Shown in pieces: positions 51,408-62,448 of a stretch of DNA of 64,000 nucleotides (position 1 is its first letter; each line of letters begins with the position of its first letter). The position numbers and the translations under genes are program-made. The notes beneath the pieces were generated by a model. That model did not search any database. It was not told the DNA's origin and saw only the letters and a program-made list of their open reading frames with translations. Source of the DNA: Candidatus Latescibacterota bacterium (lineage in GTDB: Bacteria > Latescibacterota > UBA2968 > GCA-2709665); contig CAXXJS010000016.1 in the NCBI GenBank assembly GCA_963662665.2, positions 32,001 through 96,000 on the forward strand, in the 5' to 3' direction.

Positions 51408-51965
51408 TCAGACTCGCTCTACGTACGTTTCAGTTCGGGTATCTATTTTCAAAACGTCGCCCCGCTCCACAAAAAGGGGCACCTGGACCGAAGCTCCCGT
51501 CTCCAGCACGGCCGGTTTGCTTCCCCCGCTGGCGGTGTCTCCCCGCAACCCGGGGTCCGTTTCCGTGACCGCCAGTTCGACAAAAATCGGCAGTGCTACG
51601 CTCACGGCATTTTGCTCAGCGACCAGGATTTCCAGGATCTCGTTCTCTTTCAGATATTTGACCGCGTTTCCCATCACCTCGGGAGACAGTTCATACTGAT
51701 CGTAGGTCTCGTTATCCATAAAACAGTATAGATCGCCGGACTTGTAGAGAAATTGCATCTTTCGCCGTTCCAGCCGAACATCGTCCACCTTGTCGCCGGA
51801 ACGGAACGTCCTGTCAATCATTGCGCCGGTCTTCACACTCTTGAGCCGCGTGCGCACGACGGCCGCGCCCTTGCCGGGTTTAAAGTGTTCGAATTCAACC
51901 ATGAAATAGAGATCGCCGTCCAGGCGCAAGACCATACCATTTCTGAACTCAGACGTTGAGACCAT
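51408..51965 (-). CDS. efp: Elongation factor P
   Basis: KPGKG, PGLRGDTA..GSKPA.LETG, VPLF, IDTR. Confidence 0.97.
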   Translation of the reverse strand: MVSTSEFRNGMVLRLDGDLYFMVEFEHFKPGKGAAVVRTRLKSVKTGAMIDRTFRSGDKVDDVRLERRKMQFLYKSGDLYCFMDNETYDQYELSPEVMGNAVKYLKENEILEILVAEQNAVSVALPIFVELAVTETDPGLRGDTASGGSKPAVLETGASVQVPLFVERGDVLKIDTRTETYVERV

Positions 51966-51974
51966 ATTTCCGAA

Positions 51975-52778
51975 TTACCCTCCCGCGCACGTTCCGTCCA
52001 TCTGCCTAAGTTCCTTCATTCGTTTCTTAATCTGTTCGTTTTCAGGTTCACGCTCGCAGACTTGCGCCAGAACAACTATCGCTTCTTCTATCAGCCCTTG
52101 CGCAACGTACAGCTCGGCAAGGGTCGGGGTTGCAATTGGCGCGATTCCAGCATCGGACTCGGAAGCCGCGGCCGCATCCTTACCCGGTCCGCGTTGGTTC
52201 GGAAGATCCGGCAACGGGAGGGACAAATTCCCGCCTGCCGTCCGGGAATCGTTATTCGCCACGGTTTCATCTGACGCCAGGAGGCCCGGCCCGTCGGCGG
52301 ACCCGGAATCGGTCCCCGGTTCTTCTTCCGTCTGAACGACGGCACCGATCTCCGAAACCAGCACGCGGCTTAACGGATCGAACGCTAGGGCGCAATGGAA
52401 AAACCGAAGCGCCCGTTCCTCGAAGCCCATCCCTCTTTCGATCCTGCCGAGCAGCCAGCAGGCAGCCGGATTGTCCTGGTCCAGCGCGAGCGTGTCGTGA
52501 AATGCCTGGCGGGCTTCTTCAAACCGACCGGCCGCCATGTGGCATCTGCCCATGACAAGATGGCCGGTTGGATAAAACGGGCGGTATCTGAGACCCTTCC
52601 GGCAGACCTCCGTTGCCCGGTCCACGTTGCCCGATTTCAGCATCTCATCGGCGAGGCGCGCAAACAGGATAGACGCGGGATTCTTGCCGCAGATTCTCTC
52701 GAGCCTTGCAAGAGATGTGGCCGTCATCATCTCACCAATCCGTTCAGTGTCCCGACCCGGGAGGTTGTTTCCGTTCAT
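51975..52778 (-). CDS. Tetratricopeptide-repeat protein
   Basis: P.S..FA.LA N-terminal TPRs, low-complexity linker, T.TLAELY..QG C-terminal TPR. Confidence 0.8.
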   Translation of the reverse strand: MNGNNLPGRDTERIGEMMTATSLARLERICGKNPASILFARLADEMLKSGNVDRATEVCRKGLRYRPFYPTGHLVMGRCHMAAGRFEEARQAFHDTLALDQDNPAACWLLGRIERGMGFEERALRFFHCALAFDPLSRVLVSEIGAVVQTEEEPGTDSGSADGPGLLASDETVANNDSRTAGGNLSLPLPDLPNQRGPGKDAAAASESDAGIAPIATPTLAELYVAQGLIEEAIVVLAQVCEREPENEQIKKRMKELRQMDGTCAGG

Positions 52779-52846
52779 CCGCGGATTGATCCCGTCTCAA
52801 GGCGTTCGGCCTACCCTGCCCGCGTTCCCGCGTTGCGGGTACCGGT

Positions 52847-52888
52847 TCCCGAGCCAGTCGAAGGCGCAGTCCTGAGCCTGCCGAAGGG
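52847..52888. repeat. Two tandem REP-like units CC(C/T)GAGCC(A/T)G(T/C)CGAAGG
   Basis: CCCGAGCCAGTCGAAGG and CCTGAGCCTGCCGAAGG in intergenic DNA. Confidence 0.55.
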
Positions 52889-53155
52889 ATTGCGACCGGG
52901 CACCTCCGCGGCCGAATTTCGCCAACAATGATTCCTGGACAGTACACTGAACCGGATGGAAGTATAGGAAAAAGCCCAAAGATTGTCAAGGCCGCCACAA
53001 AGCGCTCGTGCGCCGCATTCGGCTACAATCCGTTTCGATTCGACGACGGACAGCCAGGTCGGAATTTCCCTGGAATTGCCTTGTGCGACATTGGGTGATT
53101 TGCTATATTCCTTTGCCGTTTCAGGCTCCTGCCCAGTTGGCTCCGGAAGGCGTTT

Positions 53156-53677
53156 ATGGAACTTATCAAGCTATTCATATCTTTCACAAAGGTCGGTGTT
53201 TTCGCGTACGGGGGCGGGCCATCCATGATCCCGCTCGTCCAGGAGGAGGTTGTCGACGTACACGGCTGGATGACCATTGAGGAGTTTACAGACGCCCTCG
53301 CTATGGGATATGCACTTCCAGGTCCTATTGCCACAAAAATGGCCGCCTACATCGGTTACCAGGTCGCACAGACCCCCGGTCTGATCGTGGCCCTCCTGGG
53401 GACGGTCTTCCCCTCTCTCATCCTGATGATGATTCTGGGACTGTTCTTCATGGCGTATAAGGGCGCTGCGGCAGTCCAGGCGATGCTCAAAGCCGTCCGG
53501 CCGGCGGTTGTGGGCCTCCTTCTCGTGGTGGTCTGGCAAATGGCGCCCAAGTCGGTGAATTCCTGGCACACGGGCCTGATAGCCCTGGCGGCTTTTGTCG
53601 CCATCCATTTCCTGAACCTCCATCCCGCCGTCGCTATTGTCGGCACGGCGCTTCTAGGCCTGGCAATCTACCGCTGA
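53156..53677 (+). CDS. Short-chain chromate ion transporter (CHR) family protein
   Basis: F.KVG.FAYGGG, LPGPIAT..A.YIGY, RPAVVGL. Confidence 0.88.
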   Translation: MELIKLFISFTKVGVFAYGGGPSMIPLVQEEVVDVHGWMTIEEFTDALAMGYALPGPIATKMAAYIGYQVAQTPGLIVALLGTVFPSLILMMILGLFFMAYKGAAAVQAMLKAVRPAVVGLLLVVVWQMAPKSVNSWHTGLIALAAFVAIHFLNLHPAVAIVGTALLGLAIYR

Positions 53678-53693
53678 CGGAGTCTGAATTCAA

Positions 53694-54707
53694 ATGAACG
53701 ACTACTCGGTCCTTGAACGCAAAGCGCTGCAAAACAAACCATTGACACAACCGGAAATGATGGCGGTGCTCAATACGCCAAACGAAGACCTGCTCCGGTT
53801 GATCCACGCGGCATACAGGGTCCGACACCGTTATTTCGGAAACAAAGTGCGCCTGCACGTGTTACAGAACGCCAAGAGCGGACTGTGTCCGGAAGACTGC
53901 GCCTACTGTTCCCAGTCATCAGTGTCGACCGCGGACATAAGCAAATATGCTCTGTTGCCGCGAGAACGAATCCTCGACGGCGCCAGAAAGGCCAAGGCGG
54001 GGAGGGCCCACCGCTATTGCATCGTTACCAGCGGAAGAGGAGCCACCGACAGAGAGGTGGAAACTGTTGCCGACATCGTGCGGGAAGTCAAACGGACCGT
54101 CGATATCGACATCTGCTGCTGTATGGGACTTCTGGACGAAACACAGGCCAGAACATTAAAGGCAGCCGGTGTCGACAGGATCAACCACAACCTGAATACC
54201 AGTGCCCGTCACCATCCCAGGATCTGTTCCACCCACACCTATACGGACCGGCTGAAAACGCTTAAGGCGGTCAAGGCCGCCGGTCTGGAGACCTGTTGCG
54301 GGGGAATCATCGGGATGGGAGAGTCCCGTCAGGACATCGTCGATCTGGCGATGGCCGTCCGGGAACTGAACATAGACTCGATCCCTGTCAACTTTCTCCA
54401 CCCCATAGAAGGCACACCCCTCGCAGGCCGCGAACCGATGACGCCGCAGGATGGCCTCAAGGCCCTCTGCCTGTTCCGCTTTGTCAACCCGAACAAGGAA
54501 ATCCGGATTGCCGGCGGCCGGGAACACACGCTCCGGTCCCTCCAGAGTCTGGCCCTCTATCCGGCGAACTCGGTCTTCATGGAAGGCTATCTGACCACCG
54601 CGGGACAGTCCACTTCGGAAACACATCGTCTGATCGAGGATATGGGATTCGAAGTCGAGGAGAAGCGGACGACGCAGAACAGTTCAAATGTGCTGGTTTG
54701 CGATTGA
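53694..54707 (+). CDS. bioB: Biotin synthase
   Basis: [51 protein letters not shown]. Confidence 0.95.
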   Translation: MNDYSVLERKALQNKPLTQPEMMAVLNTPNEDLLRLIHAAYRVRHRYFGNKVRLHVLQNAKSGLCPEDCAYCSQSSVSTADISKYALLPRERILDGARKAKAGRAHRYCIVTSGRGATDREVETVADIVREVKRTVDIDICCCMGLLDETQARTLKAAGVDRINHNLNTSARHHPRICSTHTYTDRLKTLKAVKAAGLETCCGGIIGMGESRQDIVDLAMAVRELNIDSIPVNFLHPIEGTPLAGREPMTPQDGLKALCLFRFVNPNKEIRIAGGREHTLRSLQSLALYPANSVFMEGYLTTAGQSTSETHRLIEDMGFEVEEKRTTQNSSNVLVCD

Positions 54708-54736
54708 AATTGCACGCGCGTCACGGACCTGAAGTT

Positions 54737-56617
54737 ATGTGGACCTACGATACATACTACGATATTATCGTTGTGGGCGCCGGGCACGCAGGAGCCGAAG
54801 CCGCCCTGGCAGGCGCCCGCATGGGGTGCAAAACGCTCCTGCTGACGATGAATCTGGACACGGTCGCCCAGATGTCCTGCAATCCCGCCGTCGGAGGTGT
54901 TGCCAAAGGCCATATGGTGCGCGAAATCGATGCGTTGGGCGGCGAAATGGCGCAGAACATCGATGCAACGGGACTGCAGTTCCGCCTCCTCAACCGCAGC
55001 AAGGGGCCGGCAGTACAGGCCCCGCGGGCACAAGCGGACAAGAAGGCATATCAATTTCGTATGAAATACGTCGTGGAAAGCCAGCCGAACCTGGATCTCA
55101 AACAGGGGCTGATCGAAGACCTGCTGGTCGAGGACGGGCGAATCGGGGGAATCGTCACCCGGTCCCATACGGTCTTCCTGGGTCAGACGGTAATTCTGAC
55201 CACCGGCACTTTTCTCAGGGGCCTCATCCACGTGGGCGACCGGTCTTTCAGCGCCGGGCGCGCCGGCGAACAGTCCGCCGAACGGGCATCCGGCGGCCTG
55301 CAGCGGCTTGGGTTTGAACTGGGGAGGTTGAAGACGGGTACGCCGCCGCGGATCAATTCCCGCAGCGTCGACTACAACGCGATGGAAATCCAGCCCGGAG
55401 ACGAGCGGCCGTGCCCCTTCTCCTATCGCACCGAGACCATCGCACAGGAACAGCTTAACTGCCACATCACCTATACGACGCCGGAAACCCACGATATCAT
55501 TCGCCGAAACCTGGAACGTTCGGCAATGTACAGCGGCCGCATCCAGTCCGTGGGTCCACGGTACTGCCCGTCCATAGAAGACAAGGTTGTCAGATTTGCA
55601 GACAGGCCGAAGCATCAGTTGTTTGTAGAGCCCGAAGGCTACGATACATTCGAAGTCTACCTCAACGGTCTGTCAATGAGCCTGCCCGAAGACGTCCAGG
55701 TCGAGGTCGTCCGGAGCGTTCCCGGCCTTGAAAACGCCGAGATCATGCGTCCGGGTTACGCCGTTGAATACGACTATGTCCCGCCGACCCAGATCCTTCC
55801 CACCCTGGAGACCAAGCCGGTGGGCGGCCTGTTTTTCGCAGGACAAATCAACGGCACCACCGGATACGAGGAAGCGGCCGGACAGGGCCTGATGGCGGGC
55901 ATCAACGCGGCACTGCAGGTCCGGAAAGAAGACGCGTTGATTCTGGACCGAGCCCAGGCGTATATCGGCGTGCTGATCGACGATCTCACAACGAAGGGCA
56001 CAGAAGAACCTTACCGCATGTTTACGGCACTGGCGGAATACCGTCTGTTGTTGCGGCACGACAACGCCGACCTGCGCCTGACCGAAACGGGTCGCAGGAT
56101 CGGGCTTGTTTCAGACGGGGCCTATGAATCCTTTCAGCGCCGGACGGCGGCGATCGCCGCCGAACAACGCCGCCTGAGAGAGGTGAAAATCAGGCCCTCA
56201 GGCCGGGTTCAGCAGTACCTTCGCACAGCGGGCACCTCCCCGCTCGCACATTCCGCACCTCTGATCGATCTGTTACGCAGGCCCCAACTCGACTACCGAT
56301 TTGTACAGGAAGTCGCGCCGCCTCCGGAACCGCTGCGTCCCGATGTATGTCAATCCGTGGAGATCGAACTCAAATACGAAGGCTATATCCGGCGCCAGGA
56401 GGCGCAAGTGGCCAGGTTTCAGGATCTGGAAACAAGACGCCTTCCGGACAACATCAACTACATGGACCTTCCCGCCATCTCCCGCGAGGCGGCCGAGAAG
56501 CTCTCGCGGATACGCCCTCGCTCACTGGGCCAGGCTTCACGAATACCAGGGGTTTCACCAGCGGACATCTCCGCCCTGATGGTCCTCCTGAGAGCCCGAT
56601 CCCGGGGCGTGGCATGA
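54737..56617 (+). CDS. mnmG: tRNA uridine-34 carboxymethylaminomethyl modification enzyme
   Basis: [55 protein letters not shown]. Confidence 0.97.
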   Translation: MWTYDTYYDIIVVGAGHAGAEAALAGARMGCKTLLLTMNLDTVAQMSCNPAVGGVAKGHMVREIDALGGEMAQNIDATGLQFRLLNRSKGPAVQAPRAQADKKAYQFRMKYVVESQPNLDLKQGLIEDLLVEDGRIGGIVTRSHTVFLGQTVILTTGTFLRGLIHVGDRSFSAGRAGEQSAERASGGLQRLGFELGRLKTGTPPRINSRSVDYNAMEIQPGDERPCPFSYRTETIAQEQLNCHITYTTPETHDIIRRNLERSAMYSGRIQSVGPRYCPSIEDKVVRFADRPKHQLFVEPEGYDTFEVYLNGLSMSLPEDVQVEVVRSVPGLENAEIMRPGYAVEYDYVPPTQILPTLETKPVGGLFFAGQINGTTGYEEAAGQGLMAGINAALQVRKEDALILDRAQAYIGVLIDDLTTKGTEEPYRMFTALAEYRLLLRHDNADLRLTETGRRIGLVSDGAYESFQRRTAAIAAEQRRLREVKIRPSGRVQQYLRTAGTSPLAHSAPLIDLLRRPQLDYRFVQEVAPPPEPLRPDVCQSVEIELKYEGYIRRQEAQVARFQDLETRRLPDNINYMDLPAISREAAEKLSRIRPRSLGQASRIPGVSPADISALMVLLRARSRGVA

Positions 56618-57474
56618 ACATCAGCGCAAAACAGATACAGGCCATTGTCTCGCTGCTGGCCGACCGCAACGCCGATATCGTGGATATCGTGCGGGGCAAG
56701 CTGTTCACAATGGGCGAGCCGGTCGTCCGGAAGATCCTGGATGCCGCGCCCGGGGGGTCGCCGGCGCAACGGGAGGCGGGCCGGATCCTGTTGTGCCTCA
56801 AGGAACCCCCGCTGGAAACGCAATTCCGAAGACTACAGGAGAACCCTGCCGGCGACATCGACCTGGAAACGGCGTCTTTTACTTTGGCCAGGCTCGAATT
56901 TCCAACCCTCGACGTCCAACGCTACAGAAGTCGGCTTGACAAGATGGCCGGAGACCTGGCACCCTCCATTGCACCAGACGACCATCCGCTCAGAATAATC
57001 CAGACTCTGAACCACTATCTCTTCGTCACACATGGATTCCGGGGGCAGGGAAACGACCTGATGGTTCCGGCTGCCAGCTATATGAACCAGGTTCTTGATT
57101 GCAAGAAAGGGCTGCCCATTTCGCTATCGGCGCTCTTCATTTTTCTGGGCCGCCGACTCGATCTGCCCGTTTTCGGCGTGGGGATGCCTTTTCACTTCAT
57201 CGCCAAGTACAAGACGCCTGACGGCATGGAGTTCCTATTCGACCCCTATAACAAGGGCAAACTCCTGACGCCGAATGAATGCGCGGAATTTCTCTCCCGG
57301 TTCGACGTGGAGCTTGAGCCGTCCATGCTGCGCCAATCATCCGACCGGCAGATACTCACCCGCATGATGTTCAACCTCAGCGCCGCCTACCGCAACCGGA
57401 AGAATGCGCAAAAGGTCGACACCCTCGATCGCCTGCTCAAGATCCTGCTCAAGCACTCACCTTTACAGGAGTAA
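56614..57474 (+). CDS. SirB1-family transglutaminase-like protein
   Basis: LN.YLF...[25 protein letters not shown]...G, IL.RM..NL; ATGA overlap with mnmG. Confidence 0.85.
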   Translation: MNISAKQIQAIVSLLADRNADIVDIVRGKLFTMGEPVVRKILDAAPGGSPAQREAGRILLCLKEPPLETQFRRLQENPAGDIDLETASFTLARLEFPTLDVQRYRSRLDKMAGDLAPSIAPDDHPLRIIQTLNHYLFVTHGFRGQGNDLMVPAASYMNQVLDCKKGLPISLSALFIFLGRRLDLPVFGVGMPFHFIAKYKTPDGMEFLFDPYNKGKLLTPNECAEFLSRFDVELEPSMLRQSSDRQILTRMMFNLSAAYRNRKNAQKVDTLDRLLKILLKHSPLQE

Positions 57475-57556
57475 CCGGTAAATTTCGCTCCGAGAACCTT
57501 GGCAAGGGGTCTGCGCATGCCTTCCGTTTTCCCTCGTCTGTCGCCGTACTCAAGCC

Positions 57557-58024
57557 ATGTCTGACAACATTAAGATCGTCGTGCAGAACCGCAAAGCCCG
57601 TCGGGATTATTTTCTTGTCGATTCCTACGAAGCCGGCCTCGAACTCAAAGGCACGGAAGTGAAATCACTACGCCTGGGCAACGCAAGTATGGCAGACTGC
57701 TATGCACGCGTGGAAAACAACGAAGTCTTCCTGCATAACCTCCACATTGGCGAATACACCGAGGCCAACCGTTTCAATCACGATCCGGTCCGCAAACGCC
57801 GGCTGTTGCTTCACAGCTACGAAATCAACAGGGTAAGGGTCCGTACCGAGGAAAGGGGACTCACGCTCGTAGCACTGAAGGTCTATTTCAAACGCGGAAG
57901 AGCCAAGGTCGAACTTGCCCTTGCCCGGGGTAAACGTGAATACGACCGGCGACGCGACATCGCCAAACGGGACGCTCAACGTGACATGCGGCGAGCGCTG
58001 AAGTTTCGGAAAACGGGACGCTAA
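57557..58024 (+). CDS. smpB: SsrA-binding protein
   Basis: NRKAR, EAGLELKGTEVKSLR, NHDP.R.R.LLLH, RGK..YD.R. Confidence 0.97.
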   Translation: MSDNIKIVVQNRKARRDYFLVDSYEAGLELKGTEVKSLRLGNASMADCYARVENNEVFLHNLHIGEYTEANRFNHDPVRKRRLLLHSYEINRVRVRTEERGLTLVALKVYFKRGRAKVELALARGKREYDRRRDIAKRDAQRDMRRALKFRKTGR

Positions 58025-58205
58025 TGGCCGCGGCGGCTTGAATCCGATTCCGGAACACCATCTTCATCCTGTCGAGAACGTTCAGGAAAAATGAGAACCG
58101 GCGCCGGGCCCTTTTGCCGGCCCGCGCGGCGGATGCGAAAGTGGACGTTTCAGCGTGAAATGGCCGAAGCCGTCTTCAGAGGTATCCGAAATTTCAAACA
58201 CCGAT

Positions 58206-59093
58206 ATGAACGACAACTCACACATAACTGATCGTCCGTTACGGATCGACCTCCCCGGCAGCGATCCGGGGTACTATTACGACCCCCGCGTTACGGCCGG
58301 TCTGCACGGCGATATCAAACTCTCACCCAGAGTCGAGAGGCACTGCCAATGCGGAGGCAGGCCTCCTTATCAGATTTTCCAGCGGCAGGATGCCGAGCCG
58401 GCCTGGTGCCCGTGCAGACGTTACCGGTTGAGGACGCACGAGATTAACCGGCTTATCGGGAACTCCGGCATCCCCGGCCCTTTTCGATATAAGTTCCTGG
58501 ACGATTTCTACGAAAAATACGAAGGAAAACCAATCGGCGGCGCAAACCAGCTCAAACGGCACCTCGGGAACCTGATCGATAAGGCCCGCACCCGGAACGC
58601 CTCGCGAGAGCCCGGCGCCAGGGCGGACGCTCCCCTCTCGATGAGAGGGTACTTTCTGTCGGGCAGACCCGGTGTAGGTAAGACCTACTTCTCCTACGTC
58701 GCGCTCAACGAACTCATCTTCCACTCCGGGCGTCCCGGTAAATTTATCAGCCTGTCAAAAGCATTCTTTCAGACACTTCGGTTCGCGTTCGACGAAAACA
58801 GTCCGATGCACGGGAAATCCGAGGCCTTTCTGCGTACCCTGGGCAACGTCCCGTTCCTGGTGATCGACGACTTTGGCGTGCAGCGGAATACGGAATGGGA
58901 GGTGGAAATGCTATACAACCTGGTGGATACAAGATACGCCCACCGGCGTTTCACGATTGTCACCACCAACCAGGATATTGAAAGCGTGAAAGACCTGGCG
59001 GATGGCAGGCTCTATTCAAGGTTCATTGAAATGTGTTATATCATCCGAATCCAGGGAACCGACTTCCGTAAACACGCCAGAATAGAACTATAA
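58206..59093 (+). CDS. DnaC/IstB-like AAA+ ATPase with N-terminal Cys cluster (start uncertain; 58155 possible)
   Basis: CQC...CPC, SGIP..F, GRPGVGKT, LVIDDFG, IVTTN, RLYSR..EMC, G.DFR. Confidence 0.82.
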   Translation: MNDNSHITDRPLRIDLPGSDPGYYYDPRVTAGLHGDIKLSPRVERHCQCGGRPPYQIFQRQDAEPAWCPCRRYRLRTHEINRLIGNSGIPGPFRYKFLDDFYEKYEGKPIGGANQLKRHLGNLIDKARTRNASREPGARADAPLSMRGYFLSGRPGVGKTYFSYVALNELIFHSGRPGKFISLSKAFFQTLRFAFDENSPMHGKSEAFLRTLGNVPFLVIDDFGVQRNTEWEVEMLYNLVDTRYAHRRFTIVTTNQDIESVKDLADGRLYSRFIEMCYIIRIQGTDFRKHARIEL

Positions 59094-59185
59094 AGTATGA
59101 ATTCCCGGTTCAGACGATGGCGAGTTCCATCTCGCCGATTCGCTTCGTCGGTTCCGCGCGATTCACCGTCATTTGCCGGTTTCCC

Positions 59186-59776
59186 ATGTCCTGTATTGTA
59201 GTAGCCACAAAAAATCCCGGCAAGCTCATAGAGATCCGGGAGATACTGGATTCGAATGTCAGGGTCCGTTCTCTGGACGACTTCCCCGACGTCGGGGATA
59301 TTGTGGAGGACGGAAGGACGTTCGAGGCCAACGCAATCAAAAAAGCGCTTGCCGCATCCTTCCATACCGGCCAGGTATCCCTGGCCGATGACTCCGGCCT
59401 TGAGGTGGACGCGCTCGACGGCGCTCCGGGCGTCTATTCCGCAAGATTCGCGGGCGACAACGCCACCGACGAACAGAACAACCGCAAACTTCTCGGGCTC
59501 CTCAGAGATATCCCCGGCGCGGAACGTACGGCCCGATTTCGCTGTGTGATTGCCATCGGCGATCCCGATGGCTCAGTACGGACGGTCGAAGGCAAGGCGG
59601 AAGGACTGATCCTGCGCGGCCCGCGGGGGACGGGCGGGTTCGGCTACGACCCCCTGTTTCTGGTTCCCGGCATCCGGCGTACGTTTGCCGAGCTGGCGCC
59701 AGATGAAAAAAACAGGCTCAGTCATCGGGGAAAAGCCATTCGGTCCGCGTTTCCATTGTTAAACAAGATTCTGTGA
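59186..59776 (+). CDS. rdgB: Non-canonical purine NTP pyrophosphatase (RdgB/HAM1)
   Basis: ATKNPGKL.E, LADDSGL.VDAL.GAPGVYSARF, GFGYDP, KN.LSHR. Confidence 0.95.
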   Translation: MSCIVVATKNPGKLIEIREILDSNVRVRSLDDFPDVGDIVEDGRTFEANAIKKALAASFHTGQVSLADDSGLEVDALDGAPGVYSARFAGDNATDEQNNRKLLGLLRDIPGAERTARFRCVIAIGDPDGSVRTVEGKAEGLILRGPRGTGGFGYDPLFLVPGIRRTFAELAPDEKNRLSHRGKAIRSAFPLLNKIL

Positions 59777-59805
59777 TCCAGGTCCAATGGCGCACGTCCA
59801 GCTGC

Positions 59806-60021
59806 TCAATTCTTCTCAGAATCGTCCGCGTCGGCGCGGCGCTGATACCGCCTCACCCGTCGCACGAAGATCCAGATCAATCCCACCACCGCCAGGTATT
59901 TCAACACTTCCCACACCCATCCCTCCCATCCCAGAATCACTGGCCAGAGCGCGAATATCGACAGCAGGATGAGCAAATCCTCCAACGCAACCCAGATGCG
60001 GCGTTCTTTGCCATTTGACAT
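59806..60021 (-). CDS. Small hypothetical membrane protein (two TM helices)
   Basis: 71 aa, two hydrophobic segments, GAGGAG RBS. Confidence 0.6.
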   Translation of the reverse strand: MSNGKERRIWVALEDLLILLSIFALWPVILGWEGWVWEVLKYLAVVGLIWIFVRRVRRYQRRADADDSEKN

Positions 60022-60112
60022 GGATCTATCCTCCTCTCGGGTGTGCCCGGGCTTGCGACTGTCTCCGATAGTCTTTTGGGTAAACACACGGCGTGGGGGC
60101 CTGCAACGTGGT

Positions 60113-62293
60113 TCATCTCCCCGATTCCGTCTCCCGCTGCAGGTATGAATACACCTGATAATTCCGATACACCAGCTTCACGTAATTGCGCGTTTCCCGA
60201 TACGGTATGCTCTCTACGAACTCATCCACGTCGTGCGCCGGGAACCGAGCCGACCATTTCCGCGCCACATCCAACCCTGCATTGTAGGCCGATAACGCCA
60301 GGTGGAACCGTTTGTCTTTACTATCTCTGAAGTACCGGAGATGATCGGCCAGATGCCTGGCGCCCAGCAGAATGGACGTCTGTGGATTCCACAAGTCTTC
60401 CGTTGAGAAACCCTTGAGGCGCAGTTTGCGCGCCATCTGGCGTCCCGTAGCCGGCATCACCTGCATTAATCCGCGCGCACCAGCCCGGGACAATGCCGTT
60501 TCATCGAATGCACTCTCCTGACGGATAATTGCAAGCACCAGATTGGGGTCGAGCCCGAAATCCTGAGCGGTCCGGCTGATCTCGGCCACGTAATACGCAG
60601 GGTACAGCCTCCGAAACGAAGCGAGCGTCACCGGCATCCCCCGTTCACGTTCCAGATTGACAATCAGGCCGGCTATACGGAGCGCCTGGTTCATAGCGCC
60701 AATACGTTCAAATCGCCGCTGTAACTCACTCAGGGCGTATATTTCTTTTCTGTGCGCCCATCCTGCGTGCCGGTATTCCCGTTCCGCTTCATCGTAAAGC
60801 CCCAGGTCCGCCAACCTGTCGCCTTTCAACAGGTAGGGCGACGGTTCATATGGCGGATGACGTCCGTTTGCCCCATGAGAAATTGGCCCAGGAAGATAAG
60901 GCCTGTCTCTCAATGCCAGAACCGCCCGCGCCCGGGAACCGTAGTACGAAGTGGGAAACCCGCCTGCGGCCCGATGCATCCAATTGGCGGCCATCTCCTT
61001 GCGTCCCGTCCGCTCATGGGACTTGCCAGCCCAGTAGTAGCCCTGGTCCCTCATGTAATTCTGGGTCGTCCGATCCGCCAGCTTCAGAAAGACCCGCGCG
61101 GCCTCCTCGAACCTGTCCAGTGCGTACAGCGCGTAACCGGCGCGCCACCTGGCGCGGTCGGCCAGTTGACTTGCGGGATAGCGCGCGGCCAGATTCAAAA
61201 ACACTTCGCGCGCCTTTGTGCGTCTTCCCCGCCTTTCATACGCCATTGCGGCCTGCCAGAGCGCCTCGGATGCCCCCGGCGTTGCAGGATAGATACGCGC
61301 GAACGATTGAAACCGCCCGGCAGCCCTAAGATCCTGCCCCAATTTCACCGAACATCGTCCCAGATTGAATAACGCCTTCGGCACCAGGTACCGGCGATGG
61401 GCCTCCTGGAACGCGCGCTCGGCCGCCCTGTAGTCCTTTCGTTTGTAGTGGGTCAGCCCCAGTTCATGTTGCGCCCGACCCTGCCATGCGATGTCGCCGG
61501 ACTCTTTTACGATCCGTTGAAACATCCGAACCGCTTGTCGAAACCGCCGGTGGCTCGAATGGGCGATCGCCCCGTAGAACCGTTCCTGCACCGTTAACAG
61601 TTGCCCCATCGAAACCAACGCGTCAATTGCCTCCGGCGACTCCGGGTGATCCCTCACGAGACGCAGCCGGATGCGCCGCGCCTCAGTGGTATCTCCCGAA
61701 ACTTCCAGGGCGCCTGAAAGACCCGCAAGCGCCCTGACCTCCTGCTGGCTCCCACCGGGCAACTTACGGTAAAACCGGGCAGCCTCCTGCGCCCGTTCCG
61801 ACCGTAAATGGAGTTCGGCCGCCTGAAGCGCCGCGTCCTCCAACAGCCCGCCCGAAGGCCGCGCGTCCACAACCCGCGCAAAATACACCAGTGCGCTGTC
61901 CACCCGCCCTAGCCCACGGTGGCATTCCGCCTGCCAAAAATCCACGTAATCGCCAATTTCCCCCGGCGCCATCTCCGGTATGCGAAAGACGTCCAATGCA
62001 TCTTCAAAGCGACCGAGCGCCTTGAAACACAGCGCCTTCTGAAGCCGGGCCCGGCGAATCGCCCAACGATCCAGCCCGGCGAGGTCCATTCCGGACAACA
62101 CATGCAACGCGTTCCGGTACGCGGTACGGGCTATGAGAGTCTCGGCCCTGGACAGCGGGTCCAGGCGCTCGCCTCTCCCCAACCTCCCCGGGACAGCCAG
62201 GACAGCCGCCGTCACGAACGCCAGGGAAATACCGGCAAGCCAGACCTCCTTCAGCCTGACCCTGGCCAGGATACACTTGGAATTGGACTTCAT
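60113..62293 (-). CDS. TPR-containing soluble lytic murein transglycosylase (Slt-like)
   Basis: IRQESAF, GARGLMQ, AYNAG, IPYRETRNYV; long TPR N-terminus. Confidence 0.92.
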   Translation of the reverse strand: MKSNSKCILARVRLKEVWLAGISLAFVTAAVLAVPGRLGRGERLDPLSRAETLIARTAYRNALHVLSGMDLAGLDRWAIRRARLQKALCFKALGRFEDALDVFRIPEMAPGEIGDYVDFWQAECHRGLGRVDSALVYFARVVDARPSGGLLEDAALQAAELHLRSERAQEAARFYRKLPGGSQQEVRALAGLSGALEVSGDTTEARRIRLRLVRDHPESPEAIDALVSMGQLLTVQERFYGAIAHSSHRRFRQAVRMFQRIVKESGDIAWQGRAQHELGLTHYKRKDYRAAERAFQEAHRRYLVPKALFNLGRCSVKLGQDLRAAGRFQSFARIYPATPGASEALWQAAMAYERRGRRTKAREVFLNLAARYPASQLADRARWRAGYALYALDRFEEAARVFLKLADRTTQNYMRDQGYYWAGKSHERTGRKEMAANWMHRAAGGFPTSYYGSRARAVLALRDRPYLPGPISHGANGRHPPYEPSPYLLKGDRLADLGLYDEAEREYRHAGWAHRKEIYALSELQRRFERIGAMNQALRIAGLIVNLERERGMPVTLASFRRLYPAYYVAEISRTAQDFGLDPNLVLAIIRQESAFDETALSRAGARGLMQVMPATGRQMARKLRLKGFSTEDLWNPQTSILLGARHLADHLRYFRDSKDKRFHLALSAYNAGLDVARKWSARFPAHDVDEFVESIPYRETRNYVKLVYRNYQVYSYLQRETESGR

Positions 62294-62448
62294 GGCTGGA
62301 TGGCAACGGATGTCATCTGAAGGGCGCAGTAATCGTTGCGTCGGTTACAGGTGTCAATCGCAGGAGCATGGGGGATGCGATACCATAAATCAGGCCTTAT
62401 TCGGAATTTTGCAAGCCGCTCGTTGGACGCCCGCCCGCGTCGGCGCCG

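Noticed and set aside
54296-54736. 147-aa N-terminal extension of MnmG, suggesting a bioB overlap or fusion
   Set aside because: Open frame overlapping bioB; MnmG homology begins at ATG 54737
57475-58205. tmRNA (ssrA) or an integration site next to smpB
   Set aside because: No tRNA-like GGGG...TTCGA..CC..CCA ends in either flank
58206-59093. IS21 element (IstB)
   Set aside because: No IstA transposase or terminal repeats nearby
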